Counted from the first letter of the whole stretch, positions 52,800-61,862 are shown. The stretch: DNA of 63,627 nt, filler included, from an uncultured Myxococcia bacterium (GCA_964617105.1; 3 parts of 3 records of this genome joined end to end with filler, not necessarily neighbours in it); one strand, 5' to 3'. The notes: generated by a model not told the origin, from the sequence alone. A program made the numbers and translations.

Positions 52800-54296
52800 C
52801 TAAGGCATTGACCTCACGACACGTAAACCCAGGCGGGGGTGACGGGTGATGGGCGATTTGCTGCTGCGAGACGCCGACCGGCATTTGCGGGCTAAGTCGT
52901 CCCAACTACCGCCGCGCATAACCCGTTTTTGTGTGTCACTAGAAGGTCCCACAGGGTCTGTTACATCTCCTCCATAACTATCATACCAATCCCACGCCCA
53001 CTCATCAACATTGCCGCTCATATCATACAATCCCCCGGTATTGGCATCTTTGCTTCCCACATCATGTGTCGTAGCATCGAAATTATAACAATACCATCCT
53101 ATCTTATCAAGATTGGGATCATGTTTACAAGAGTACCCTGAAGAAGTAATCCCACCATTATAAAACGCCGTAGTCGTACCCGCACGAACTGCATACTCCC
53201 ACTCCGCCTCTGTGGGTAATCGATAGCCACTGCAATCCTGTGGTTTGCTGAACTTGGACTTTAAACTGCATGTCAAACAAGTTACGTCACAATATCCACG
53301 ACGGCACGGAGCCTGACTGCAATCTCCTGTACAGTCAAAACATTCTTCAACTCCTTTACTAATAGACAATTTGTTGCAATATAATAACGCTTCATGCCAA
53401 TTCACCTTCTCTGCCGGACAATCATCTCCACAAGATGAAAAATAACTAGGATTATAGCCCATCAATGATTTAAACTGACCCTGTGTCACCTCGGTGGACT
53501 GCATCTCGAAGTTGTACGTCAACGTCACCAGGTGCTCAGTTTCATTAGAATAGCGGCCAGCCTCGCCAGAGGGGCTGCCCATGGTAAAGGTGCCCTTGGT
53601 AATGCTTACAAATCCGGGGGTTATACCACTTGAACCATCTTTACAATTCGAGTTATCATACCCAGTACAGTCACTCTTGCACTTAGCATCTCCGCTTGTA
53701 TATGTTGAATTTATGTCCTTACAACCCTTTGTGTCACCGTCACAGACTTCATTTTTGCCTTTATGACCATCTCCACACACTGTTTGGCATTTTGAATCCT
53801 TACATTGCAAGGGCTCAATACAATTGGCAGTTTGGGAACATGTATCACCCTCAACACTATTTGTAGTAGTCGGCTGACAATTACCATTTATACATTTCTC
53901 TTTCTCCCCACACTCCTTATCCTCTGCATAGCCACTTTCGTCCGACTTGCACACCATAACCTTATTGCCATCGCATTTTTTCTGGCCAGCGGTACAGATT
54001 TGATCTTCACTCCCACCATCTGTATTTCCCGAGTTACCTTCTTTACTCCCACCATCTGTATTTCCCGAGTTACCTTCTTTACTTCCGCCATCTGTATTGC
54101 CAGAGTTACCTTCTTTACATACACAAATATCCCATCCACTTCCATCTGATTTACAGGCCTGAACACCCTTTTGAACAGCAGTACAGTTACAAACCTGCGT
54201 TGCACTTGGCGTACAAGCCTTGTCAACCTCAGTTCCGCAGTTTGCTAAAAACAGACTCAGAGCAATCAATAAAAACATTGTGAATGATTTTTGCAT
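52800..54296 (-). CDS. Cys-rich lipoprotein with a C-terminal FGE-sulfatase domain
   Basis: Lipobox LANC; Cys-rich stalk; RLPTEAEWEYAVRAG, GLYDMSGNV, RGGSW; AGGAG RBS. Confidence 0.9.
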   Translation of the reverse strand: MQKSFTMFLLIALSLFLANCGTEVDKACTPSATQVCNCTAVQKGVQACKSDGSGWDICVCKEGNSGNTDGGSKEGNSGNTDGGSKEGNSGNTDGGSEDQICTAGQKKCDGNKVMVCKSDESGYAEDKECGEKEKCINGNCQPTTTNSVEGDTCSQTANCIEPLQCKDSKCQTVCGDGHKGKNEVCDGDTKGCKDINSTYTSGDAKCKSDCTGYDNSNCKDGSSGITPGFVSITKGTFTMGSPSGEAGRYSNETEHLVTLTYNFEMQSTEVTQGQFKSLMGYNPSYFSSCGDDCPAEKVNWHEALLYCNKLSISKGVEECFDCTGDCSQAPCRRGYCDVTCLTCSLKSKFSKPQDCSGYRLPTEAEWEYAVRAGTTTAFYNGGITSSGYSCKHDPNLDKIGWYCYNFDATTHDVGSKDANTGGLYDMSGNVDEWAWDWYDSYGGDVTDPVGPSSDTQKRVMRGGSWDDLARKCRSASRSSKSPITRHPRLGLRVVRSMP

Positions 54297-55341
54297 AATT
54301 AAGACTCCTGTAAGATTTCACATTAGTTGATATAAATTAAAGCATAAATCACATCACTAATGCAAGCAGTATGATATTTTTCATACACATGCCCAGAAGT
54401 TTCTTCATACTGTGCAGTAGTTGCAATTTCTATATCACCACTAACCACACCGATATTTACAGGGATTTTAAATCTACAAGCGCCGACTGACTCCCCAAAG
54501 CAGACCAAAAACAGAAAAATTCTCAGACTTTTTAGAGACTATTCTGAGACTTCTCTTTTCCGTTTTCGGGTTGGGACCGATACGGTCTCAACGCTCCTAG
54601 AAATTGGCAAATCTCTGGTTAACAGCGACAGCGAATATGTTAATACCCATTCTCCGCTGACCAACTGCTGGGTCTTTGATGTCCACTGTTTGCCCCTTCA
54701 CTTCACCTCCTGTCACCTTCAACTTGCGTTTATTTTCAAAGAACTTTTGGCCGCAAAAACGATCAATTTTTCATGTTTTGTGGTGTCTCGCTCGTGGTTG
54801 GCAAGTACAGTGAGGATTATTATCTTGGGCATAAATCGGAATGGGTGATGGGAGATGACCAGGAGTGTGGAATGTGAGTTTGAAATTTTTCGGTAATTAT
54901 GATAATTGTCAAAAACAACTTGATGCCTGAATTTATATTGTTTGAAATATTCCCAGTGAGGTGATTATGCGTAAGTTATTTGGATTGAGTTTATTAGTTT
55001 TTTTGAGCATTGTTTTGACTTATTGTGGTTCATCAAGTGATGGCAAAAAGACTTGTGAATCGGGTGCAACGCAGGTTTGTAACTGTACTGCTGAGCAAAA
55101 GGGTGTTCAGGCCTGTAAATCAGATGGAAGTGGCTGGGATATTTGTGTATGTAAAGAAGGTAACTCTGGCAATACAGATGGTGGGAGTGAAGAAGGTAAC
55201 TCGGGAAATACAGATGGCGGTAGTAAAGAACAAATCTGTACCGCTGGCCAGAAAAAATGCGATGGCCAAAAGGTGATGGTGTGCAAGTCGGACGAAAGTG
55301 GCTATGCGGAGGATAAGGAGTGCGGGGAGAAAGAGAAATGT
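53892..55341. repeat. Long inverted repeat pair, 53892-54205 and 55064-55341
   Basis: Near-identical sequence on opposite strands (314 vs 278 bp); the difference is one 36-bp unit. Confidence 0.93.
54009..54116 (-). repeat. 36-bp coding tandem repeat x3 (KEGNSGNTDGGS); x2 in the copy at 55153-55224
   Basis: Units 54009-54044, 54045-54080, 54081-54116. Confidence 0.93.
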
Positions 55342-55356
55342 CAGGAGGTCAAATAA
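54967..55356 (+). pseudogene. Truncated paralogue of the 52800 lipoprotein (different signal peptide, no FGE domain)
   Basis: Lipobox LTYC; ~90 aa almost identical to the 52800 stalk; homology stops at 55341, directly at the next gene's AGGAGG. Confidence 0.75.
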
Positions 55357-55357
55357 T

Positions 55358-56287
55358 ATGCCAGGGATTGGAGTAGTATCAAATCCAAACTCCCGACAGA
55401 ATCGCAAAAATCCAAGGCGGATCCCTATCCTGGGATATATTGTCGGTGAAATGGGGGCTAATGAGGCTACCAAGGATGTGGATGATATCAACAGAGTGGC
55501 GGTAATTTTCAAACAGCATGATATAGATATCCTATGCCTCAATGGCGGTGACGGAACCAACCACTGCACCTTAACCGCTTTTATTAAGGCATATAAAGAA
55601 AAGCCCTTGCCTCTGATAGCTTTTTTGCGCGGCGGAACCATGAACACTATCTCCAATTCTATCCGGATAAAGGGCAACCCCGCCTCTATCTTACATAACA
55701 TTGTGGAGAAATACCATTACCATGAGCCTTTTCAGTTGGTAGAGCGAGATACCATAAAAATTGGCGATGATTATGGCTTTATTTTTGGCAATGGTGCCAC
55801 CTACAACTATCTGGATGAGTATTACAGTACTGGAAATCCCTGTCCATGGGTGGGATTTACTACTTTGGTGAGGTGTCTAACCGCTGTTGTTACCCGTAAT
55901 GCCATGTTCAAGAGGTTGGTAAAACCTTTTAATGCTGAGGTTTATGTTGATGGTAAAAAATGGCCCCATTCGACTTATATCGCGGTTTTTGGTGCCACCA
56001 TCGAGCAGTTGGGTCTTGGTTTCAAGCCCTTTCATCGCTGCGATGAGCAGTCCAGAACTTTCCATTTATTGGGAGTGGTAGGTTCACCATTGCAGACATT
56101 ACGTCATTTTCCTACCATGTATAAAGGGAAGCAGGTTCCCAGAAATGTGATGATAGATGCAGTGGCCAAAAAGGTTAAGTTTCGTTCCCGGGAGCCTATA
56201 AACTATATGATCGATGGTGATTTGCACCAGGGGGGCAATAGTTTGGATCTGGAAGTGGGGCCGCGGTTAAAACTGATAGTCCAGTGA
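55358..56287 (+). CDS. Diacylglycerol/lipid kinase family protein
   Basis: NPNS, NGGDGT, GGTMN, IDGD; AGGAGG RBS before the ATG at 55358. Confidence 0.88.
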   Translation: MPGIGVVSNPNSRQNRKNPRRIPILGYIVGEMGANEATKDVDDINRVAVIFKQHDIDILCLNGGDGTNHCTLTAFIKAYKEKPLPLIAFLRGGTMNTISNSIRIKGNPASILHNIVEKYHYHEPFQLVERDTIKIGDDYGFIFGNGATYNYLDEYYSTGNPCPWVGFTTLVRCLTAVVTRNAMFKRLVKPFNAEVYVDGKKWPHSTYIAVFGATIEQLGLGFKPFHRCDEQSRTFHLLGVVGSPLQTLRHFPTMYKGKQVPRNVMIDAVAKKVKFRSREPINYMIDGDLHQGGNSLDLEVGPRLKLIVQ

Positions 56288-56289
56288 TC

Positions 56290-56709
56290 TCAATTATCAA
56301 GCTTGTCCTGGTCATCGGAAAATATTTGCTCCAGTTTTTTCTCTTTGCAGAATACCACATATACCACTGGAGGTAGAATGACCGAACTTATTATGCCCAG
56401 GTAAAAGCCCAGGCCTGGTTGGAAATCTGGATAGGTAAAAAATAGCCACCAGGCGGTGCAAAACTCCAGCAGGGAGAGTATGGCGAGCACCAGGTCCAGG
56501 TGCCATTTAAAGATGTAAACTGATATGGCCATAGCCAGGATAATGGCGGCCAGGAGATAGTAGATAAACCCGCCCACGCCCATTTGCAGGGGTTTTATCA
56601 GCAGGATATGTCCCGAGTTCGGATCTATCTGGATGGTCCAGTATATGTCAGCGCTACCAAAGATAAAAACCGCCAAAACGGCATAGATTATTTTTAGATG
56701 TTTATGCAT
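56290..56709 (-). CDS. Hypothetical 4-TM membrane protein
   Basis: Hydrophobic ORF; start at MHKHLK avoids overlap with the next gene. Confidence 0.6.
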   Translation of the reverse strand: MHKHLKIIYAVLAVFIFGSADIYWTIQIDPNSGHILLIKPLQMGVGGFIYYLLAAIILAMAISVYIFKWHLDLVLAILSLLEFCTAWWLFFTYPDFQPGLGFYLGIISSVILPPVVYVVFCKEKKLEQIFSDDQDKLDN

Positions 56710-56785
56710 AATAAATAGTTCGATAACATCATTGACAACAAAGATCAATAAAAGGCTTTCGACTTTTATAAAAGGCAAATAGATT

Positions 56786-58300
56786 ATGGATAGAAATAAG
56801 ATAAATATTACCCGGGCCAAAGGGATGCAGGATGTAGGGCCGGAGTTGCAACTGGAACGGCAGAGTGTGGCTGACCAGGTGATTCAGTGTTTTCGTTCCT
56901 ATGGCTATGATCCCATTGATCTGCCTACCATAGAACCCTATGAATTATATTCTGGTATTTATGGAGATTACACCAGGCAGCAATTATTTACCCTGGTAGG
57001 ACAGCGGGAATACTCCCTGCGTCCCGATATGACCGCTTCAGTGGCTAGAATGATCAACCATAACCTGGTTCAGGGAAAAGAGGAAAACTGTCGCGGGATG
57101 TCCCGGGTATATTATTCGGGCAAATGTTTCCGTTTTATAAACCCCAGGAGATATAGGTTCAGGGAATATTGGCAAGTGGGCGGTGAATTATTTGGCAGCC
57201 CGGAACCTTTGGCGGAGATAGAACTTCTGAGTTTCATCAGCAGCCTGATGGTTAAACTTAACATAGATAATTATTACCTGCTGGTGGGTGATGTAAAGTT
57301 GTTCCGCACCATCTTGGAGAAGGTATCCCCATTACCATACAAAGACACCTTGTTCAGGGATTTAATCAGGCTGGGAGGGATAATCCATCGTCTTTCACGG
57401 GCCGATGAGCATTATCTCAAATCATTATTGCAGCAACTTACCAAACTGAGATATTCTCTTTCAACCATGTTTAATGATGTTCCCAAAGCAGAATTAAGTG
57501 AAGAATCTTATGATTTGTCACCAGGGGATAAACAGGAAATTGAAGCCCTGAGCCAGTGGGCTTTGGACCTGTTCAAATACAAATGGAATAAAATATTTTC
57601 TGTTTCTCAAGAAGATTGCCAACTTTTGGGCCAGTTAATAAGTATTAAAGGAGATTGGCAGGAGATTAAATCTATGCTTTTGGATTTGCAAAAGAGATAC
57701 AGTCTGGATATTTGTCTGGATAGGCTGGAATCTATCAGTAACCTGAGCGTTGATTTAAAAATAGGCTCTTTTGTAATTGCTCCGGCCATGTCCAGGGGGC
57801 TAGACTATTACAGTGGAGTAGTTTTTGATCTTCATGTGCCGGCGTTGGGAGTAGATTCAGATGTTTGCGGAGGTGGGCGGTATGATAATTTGATCCCCTG
57901 GCCGCAACCAGGGGACGGGTACCTGCCGGCCGCGGGTCTATCCTTTGGCATAGAGCGTCTTACCGAAGCAGTAAGAGCCTGCCGGGGAGAGGTAGATATT
58001 TCTGGTCCTCCACGGGTGATTGTCAATATGGGTGACCAACAACACTATTGGAAAATGATAAAATTAGCGGATCGATTGCGCCAAAGATCTCTAAATGTGG
58101 AGTTGCAAATTGAGCCGCAAACCGAGAGTAAAACCATATTTAAATTACCAGATAGAGAACCGGATTTAATTATTCATCTTTTAGACTCTGGTGAGGGTAA
58201 GCAGTTGAATATTTCTACCGGCAAAGGCCGGCAATTGGCCCAGGTTGAGGAAAAAGAGATCTATAATTACCTGGATAACTACTTTGCCAATAGAGGTTAA
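56786..58300 (+). CDS. Divergent histidyl-tRNA synthetase / HisZ-like protein
   Basis: KGMQD, LRPDMTASVAR, FR..P..RFREYWQVGGE, RGLDYYSGVVF, GGGRYD, AAGLSFGIERL; degenerate anticodon-binding domain. Confidence 0.8.
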   Translation: MDRNKINITRAKGMQDVGPELQLERQSVADQVIQCFRSYGYDPIDLPTIEPYELYSGIYGDYTRQQLFTLVGQREYSLRPDMTASVARMINHNLVQGKEENCRGMSRVYYSGKCFRFINPRRYRFREYWQVGGELFGSPEPLAEIELLSFISSLMVKLNIDNYYLLVGDVKLFRTILEKVSPLPYKDTLFRDLIRLGGIIHRLSRADEHYLKSLLQQLTKLRYSLSTMFNDVPKAELSEESYDLSPGDKQEIEALSQWALDLFKYKWNKIFSVSQEDCQLLGQLISIKGDWQEIKSMLLDLQKRYSLDICLDRLESISNLSVDLKIGSFVIAPAMSRGLDYYSGVVFDLHVPALGVDSDVCGGGRYDNLIPWPQPGDGYLPAAGLSFGIERLTEAVRACRGEVDISGPPRVIVNMGDQQHYWKMIKLADRLRQRSLNVELQIEPQTESKTIFKLPDREPDLIIHLLDSGEGKQLNISTGKGRQLAQVEEKEIYNYLDNYFANRG

Positions 58301-58301
58301 A

Positions 58302-60407
58302 TTGAAAAAGAGAAAGTTGAAAAAAACAGCCAAAATAGAGGACCGTGATTGTCTTTTTTTAGGTCAGGACAATTTGTCTATTGAGCAGGTGGTGGAGGTA
58401 GCCAGGTTCAGACAACGGGTTAAACTTCATCCGCAGGCAAAAGAGCGGATGATGATCTCCAGACAGGTGGTTGATCAGTTGGTAGACAGAAAAATAAAAG
58501 CCTACGGGATAACCACCGGTTTTGGTTCTTTACGCGATGTGGTGATTGATGATCCAGAAGAGAGCAGGCAACTGCAGGCCAACCTGATAAGGAGCCACTC
58601 CTGTGGTGTAGGCGATCCATTGCCCGAGGATACTGTGCGGGCCATGATGCTGCTGAGAGCCAATACTCTGGCCCAGGGATATTCAGGCGTCCGCCCCCAG
58701 ATAGTGGAAAGGCTGCTGTTTTTCCTGAATGCTGATATCTACCCCTATATTCCGGAAAAAGGCTCGGTAGGCGCCAGCGGGGATTTGGCGCCCCTATCCC
58801 ATTTGGCTCTGGTGCTTATTGGCGATCAAGAGGGATTGGTATATGCTCCTTCTGGCCATGAATCACCCACCCTTCGGGAAGGTGATTTTATCTCCCACCC
58901 ATTGCCGGTGAATTTTAAAATCACTGCTGCTCAACTGCACCAAACCATGGAGATAGAACCCATCCAATTATTTGCCAAGGAAGGATTAGGTCTTAATAAC
59001 GGCACTCAGATGATGGCTGCTGTGGCTGCCTTGAATATCTATGATTGCCAGCGTTTGATTCAGATGGCAGAGTTGGGTTTTGCTATGAGCCTGGAGGCCT
59101 GTAAAGGGGTAATTGACGCCTATTTACCAGAGATCCATCAAGCTCGGGGTTTGCGGGGACAAATAGAGTGTGCTGCTCGGGTTATGGATTTTATCAGCGA
59201 CAGTGAACTATTGCGATACCCCATTAATTTGGCCTACTTATACCGGGCGATCAACAACTTGCAGGGTATATTCCAGGTGTTGGATAACTACCGCCAGATA
59301 GATTGGAGTGCCGATGAGTCAGTCATTCCCGAAGCCCAGGAGATGGTAAAAAAGATCAAAAGGGAGTTGGAAGAGTTGTATAACTCTCCTCTCAAGGTTT
59401 TTAAACAGCAAACCGGCCTGAACCCCGGCAAATTATCCAAACATGATCTGTGGCGAAATTTTCGGATCATAACCATGGAACATTTGCGCCGCCTAAACCG
59501 GGTATTCCAGTTTATATGTTCCCCCTCGTTTCCACCAGAAGTAGCCAGTATACAAAATTTAATGACTATTGCCCTGAACGAGGTGGAAAAGGTAGTGCCC
59601 AGTATGATGCCAGTTCAGGATGACTATTCCCTGAGATGTACTCCCCAGGTTTATGGAGTTATGCGGGATACTTTGCGTTTTGTAAACGATATTGTTACTG
59701 CTGAATGCAATGCTGCCAACGATAACCCCTTGATATTTCCGCCGCCGGAAATGGCGAGGAGAAGAGAGGGCGCCTCAGAATGTACCAATGAGATGTTGCT
59801 TAACTCTTTCAAATCGGGAGGCAATTTCCACGGCGAGCCTTTGGCCACGGCCATGGATTATCTGGGTATTGTCACTTGCCAATTGAGCAATATTATCGAG
59901 CGGCGAATAGCCCATATGTTGGACAGTAACCGCAATAACGGTTTGCCCACATTGCTGGTGGAGCATTACGGACTAAATTCTGGTTTTATGATACCGCAAT
60001 ACACTGCCGCCGCCCTGGTGAGCGAAAGTAAACTACTCTCCCATCCGGCCAGCGTGGATTCCATCCCCACTTGTGAGAACGCCGAGGATTATGTTTCTAT
60101 GGGGCCTATTGCTGTCCAGAAATGCCGGCGGATTATAGAGAATACCGAGCACATTTTTGCTATAGAACTTATCTGCTCCTGGCAGGCTCTTCACTTCAGA
60201 GGAGTCAGGCCCAGCAAGGTCAGCTTGCAACCCTCCTGCAGCGTAAGAAATCTCTATGAATTGATTGTGCAGGAAGGTTTTGAATTTGTGGAAAAAGACC
60301 AGGTCCCCTACAGCAAGATCAACAAAATGGTGGCCATGATCCGCAGCAATAAGATCGTCAACTTGGCCAGGCATATGAGTGATCTATGTAAGATAGACTA
60401 TTTATAG
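58302..60407 (+). CDS. hutH: Histidine ammonia-lyase (MIO-dependent) with a large insertion
   Basis: YGITTGFG, LIRSHSCG (SH = His specificity), GSVGASGDLAPL, KEGLGLNNGT, QDDYSLRC, GGNFHG; probable TTG start after GAGG. Confidence 0.85.
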   Translation: MKKRKLKKTAKIEDRDCLFLGQDNLSIEQVVEVARFRQRVKLHPQAKERMMISRQVVDQLVDRKIKAYGITTGFGSLRDVVIDDPEESRQLQANLIRSHSCGVGDPLPEDTVRAMMLLRANTLAQGYSGVRPQIVERLLFFLNADIYPYIPEKGSVGASGDLAPLSHLALVLIGDQEGLVYAPSGHESPTLREGDFISHPLPVNFKITAAQLHQTMEIEPIQLFAKEGLGLNNGTQMMAAVAALNIYDCQRLIQMAELGFAMSLEACKGVIDAYLPEIHQARGLRGQIECAARVMDFISDSELLRYPINLAYLYRAINNLQGIFQVLDNYRQIDWSADESVIPEAQEMVKKIKRELEELYNSPLKVFKQQTGLNPGKLSKHDLWRNFRIITMEHLRRLNRVFQFICSPSFPPEVASIQNLMTIALNEVEKVVPSMMPVQDDYSLRCTPQVYGVMRDTLRFVNDIVTAECNAANDNPLIFPPPEMARRREGASECTNEMLLNSFKSGGNFHGEPLATAMDYLGIVTCQLSNIIERRIAHMLDSNRNNGLPTLLVEHYGLNSGFMIPQYTAAALVSESKLLSHPASVDSIPTCENAEDYVSMGPIAVQKCRRIIENTEHIFAIELICSWQALHFRGVRPSKVSLQPSCSVRNLYELIVQEGFEFVEKDQVPYSKINKMVAMIRSNKIVNLARHMSDLCKIDYL

Positions 60408-60444
60408 AATGCGGATGCATCTTCACCGGCGCCTCCACATTCTA
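60405..60444. repeat. Short internally deleted relative of the 40480 palindromic element
   Basis: TAGAATGCGGATGCATCTTCACC-GGCGCCTCCACATTCTA shares both ends with the dnaK element. Confidence 0.75.
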
Positions 60445-60593
60445 ATCCCCAATTTGTGCGAACTAATTTTTGAGCAAGCCCTAAGGGCGAGCCTAAAATT
60501 TTATCGTTGATATGGGTAAACAATCAGTTCTTGATTCGTAGCAATAAAATCTATAATTTGGTCAGGCAGATGAGGGGTAGAAACTGTGAGATG

Positions 60594-60938
60594 TCACAAA
60601 CCAATAACTTTTGTTAAGGCCATTGATACAGTATTTAAGTCATAAAGAGACAGTAACTCTATTTCCGACAACAAACGACTTTTGTCAATTGCCCTTACTT
60701 GGTCAATTATCGCTATTACATTTTTGTTCATACATTCTACATTGACTGTAATTGGAGGAAAAGCATTTGTTGACGAGGATAAAGGTATAACAATAACTGT
60801 TCGCCGCTTTTCATTAATGACATTGTTGCCAATAATGACCACAGGTCGTTTCTTTTTTATCTCTGAGCCACGTGTAGGATCCAGGTCTGCCCACCAGATA
60901 CTTCCGCGCAAAAATTCTTTTTTCACGCTTTCTCCCAA
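60594..60938 (-). CDS. mazF: MazF/PemK family toxin
   Basis: RGSIWWADLDPTRGSEIKKKRPVVII..DQVRAIDKSRL. Confidence 0.92.
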   Translation of the reverse strand: MGESVKKEFLRGSIWWADLDPTRGSEIKKKRPVVIIGNNVINEKRRTVIVIPLSSSTNAFPPITVNVECMNKNVIAIIDQVRAIDKSRLLSEIELLSLYDLNTVSMALTKVIGL

Positions 60939-61180
60939 GGTTCAGTGACAGTATTTTCTAGTGCTTGGAATTCGGTTTCAACTATTTTTAAATCAGATTC
61001 TTTGTTCGCTGCTTCACAGGCCTTGGCCAGAGCGAGTTCTTGCTTTTTGATTTCTTGTTCCATAAGTGTGGCTATTATTTTACTCCTTTTTCTGTTTGGG
61101 ATCAAAGCAGAGAAGCGAAGAAAAATAGTTTGCGGGATAGTAAAAGTGGCTCTTACTTTATGCTCATGTGATCTGTTCAT
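60923..61180 (-). CDS. Putative cognate antitoxin (RHH-like)
   Basis: 85 aa, overlaps the toxin start; beta-helix-helix N-terminus, acidic C-terminus. Confidence 0.75.
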   Translation of the reverse strand: MNRSHEHKVRATFTIPQTIFLRFSALIPNRKRSKIIATLMEQEIKKQELALAKACEAANKESDLKIVETEFQALENTVTEPWEKA

Positions 61181-61201
61181 ACTTCATACTTATCATATGC
61201 G

Positions 61202-61849
61202 TCATAAAAAGTCAACAGTGGATTTCAGCCAGTCACACCACGGGCTTAGTCCTTCGCCGGTTTTGCAGGAGAGGGGAAAAGCGTTAGCCGTGGGATTTAT
61301 TTTCTTTAGTTTTTCCAAAAAATCGGGGACATCAAAATCTACATAGGGGACCAGGTCAATTTTATTGACGATTACCACCTGGCTTTCCATGAACATCAAA
61401 GGGTATTTGTCTATTTTATCCAGCCCTTCGGGTGTGCTGGTAAGCATTACCTTGCAGTGTTCACCCAAATTGAATTCCGCCGGACAGACCAGGTTACCCA
61501 CATTTTCGATGAACAGCAGATCCAGTTCTGCGGGCAGGTCAGCGCGGCATTTGGCGATCATATTGGCATCAAGATGACAGGCGCCGCCAGTGTTGAATTG
61601 CACCACTGGTATTCCTAATTCACCCAAAAGACGGGCATCGTTATCTCCCTGGATATCACCTTCAATAACACCGATTTTGACCTTCTCTTTCAGAGGGGAT
61701 ATGGTTTTGGCCAAAAGACTTGTTTTACCCGCACCGGGTGAGGACATTACGTTGATCACAAAAGTATGGTCAGCATCAAATCTTTTGCGGTTGTCCAGGG
61801 CTAATTGGTCGTTAGCAGCCAGAATATTTTTTACTACTTTTATTTTCAT
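61202..61849 (-). CDS. hypB: Hydrogenase nickel incorporation GTPase HypB
   Basis: SSPGAGKT, GGACHLDA, ENVGNLVCPA, NKID. Confidence 0.96.
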   Translation of the reverse strand: MKIKVVKNILAANDQLALDNRKRFDADHTFVINVMSSPGAGKTSLLAKTISPLKEKVKIGVIEGDIQGDNDARLLGELGIPVVQFNTGGACHLDANMIAKCRADLPAELDLLFIENVGNLVCPAEFNLGEHCKVMLTSTPEGLDKIDKYPLMFMESQVVIVNKIDLVPYVDFDVPDFLEKLKKINPTANAFPLSCKTGEGLSPWCDWLKSTVDFL

Positions 61850-61862
61850 AATATTTTCCTTC

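Noticed and set aside
54009-54116. 36-bp repeats as a CRISPR array
   Set aside because: Units are contiguous with no spacers, are in-frame coding, and no cas genes are present
54297-54960. DGR template repeat or reverse transcriptase in this intergenic region
   Set aside because: No AAC-rich copy of either FGE 3' end and no RT (YxDD) ORF seen anywhere in the window
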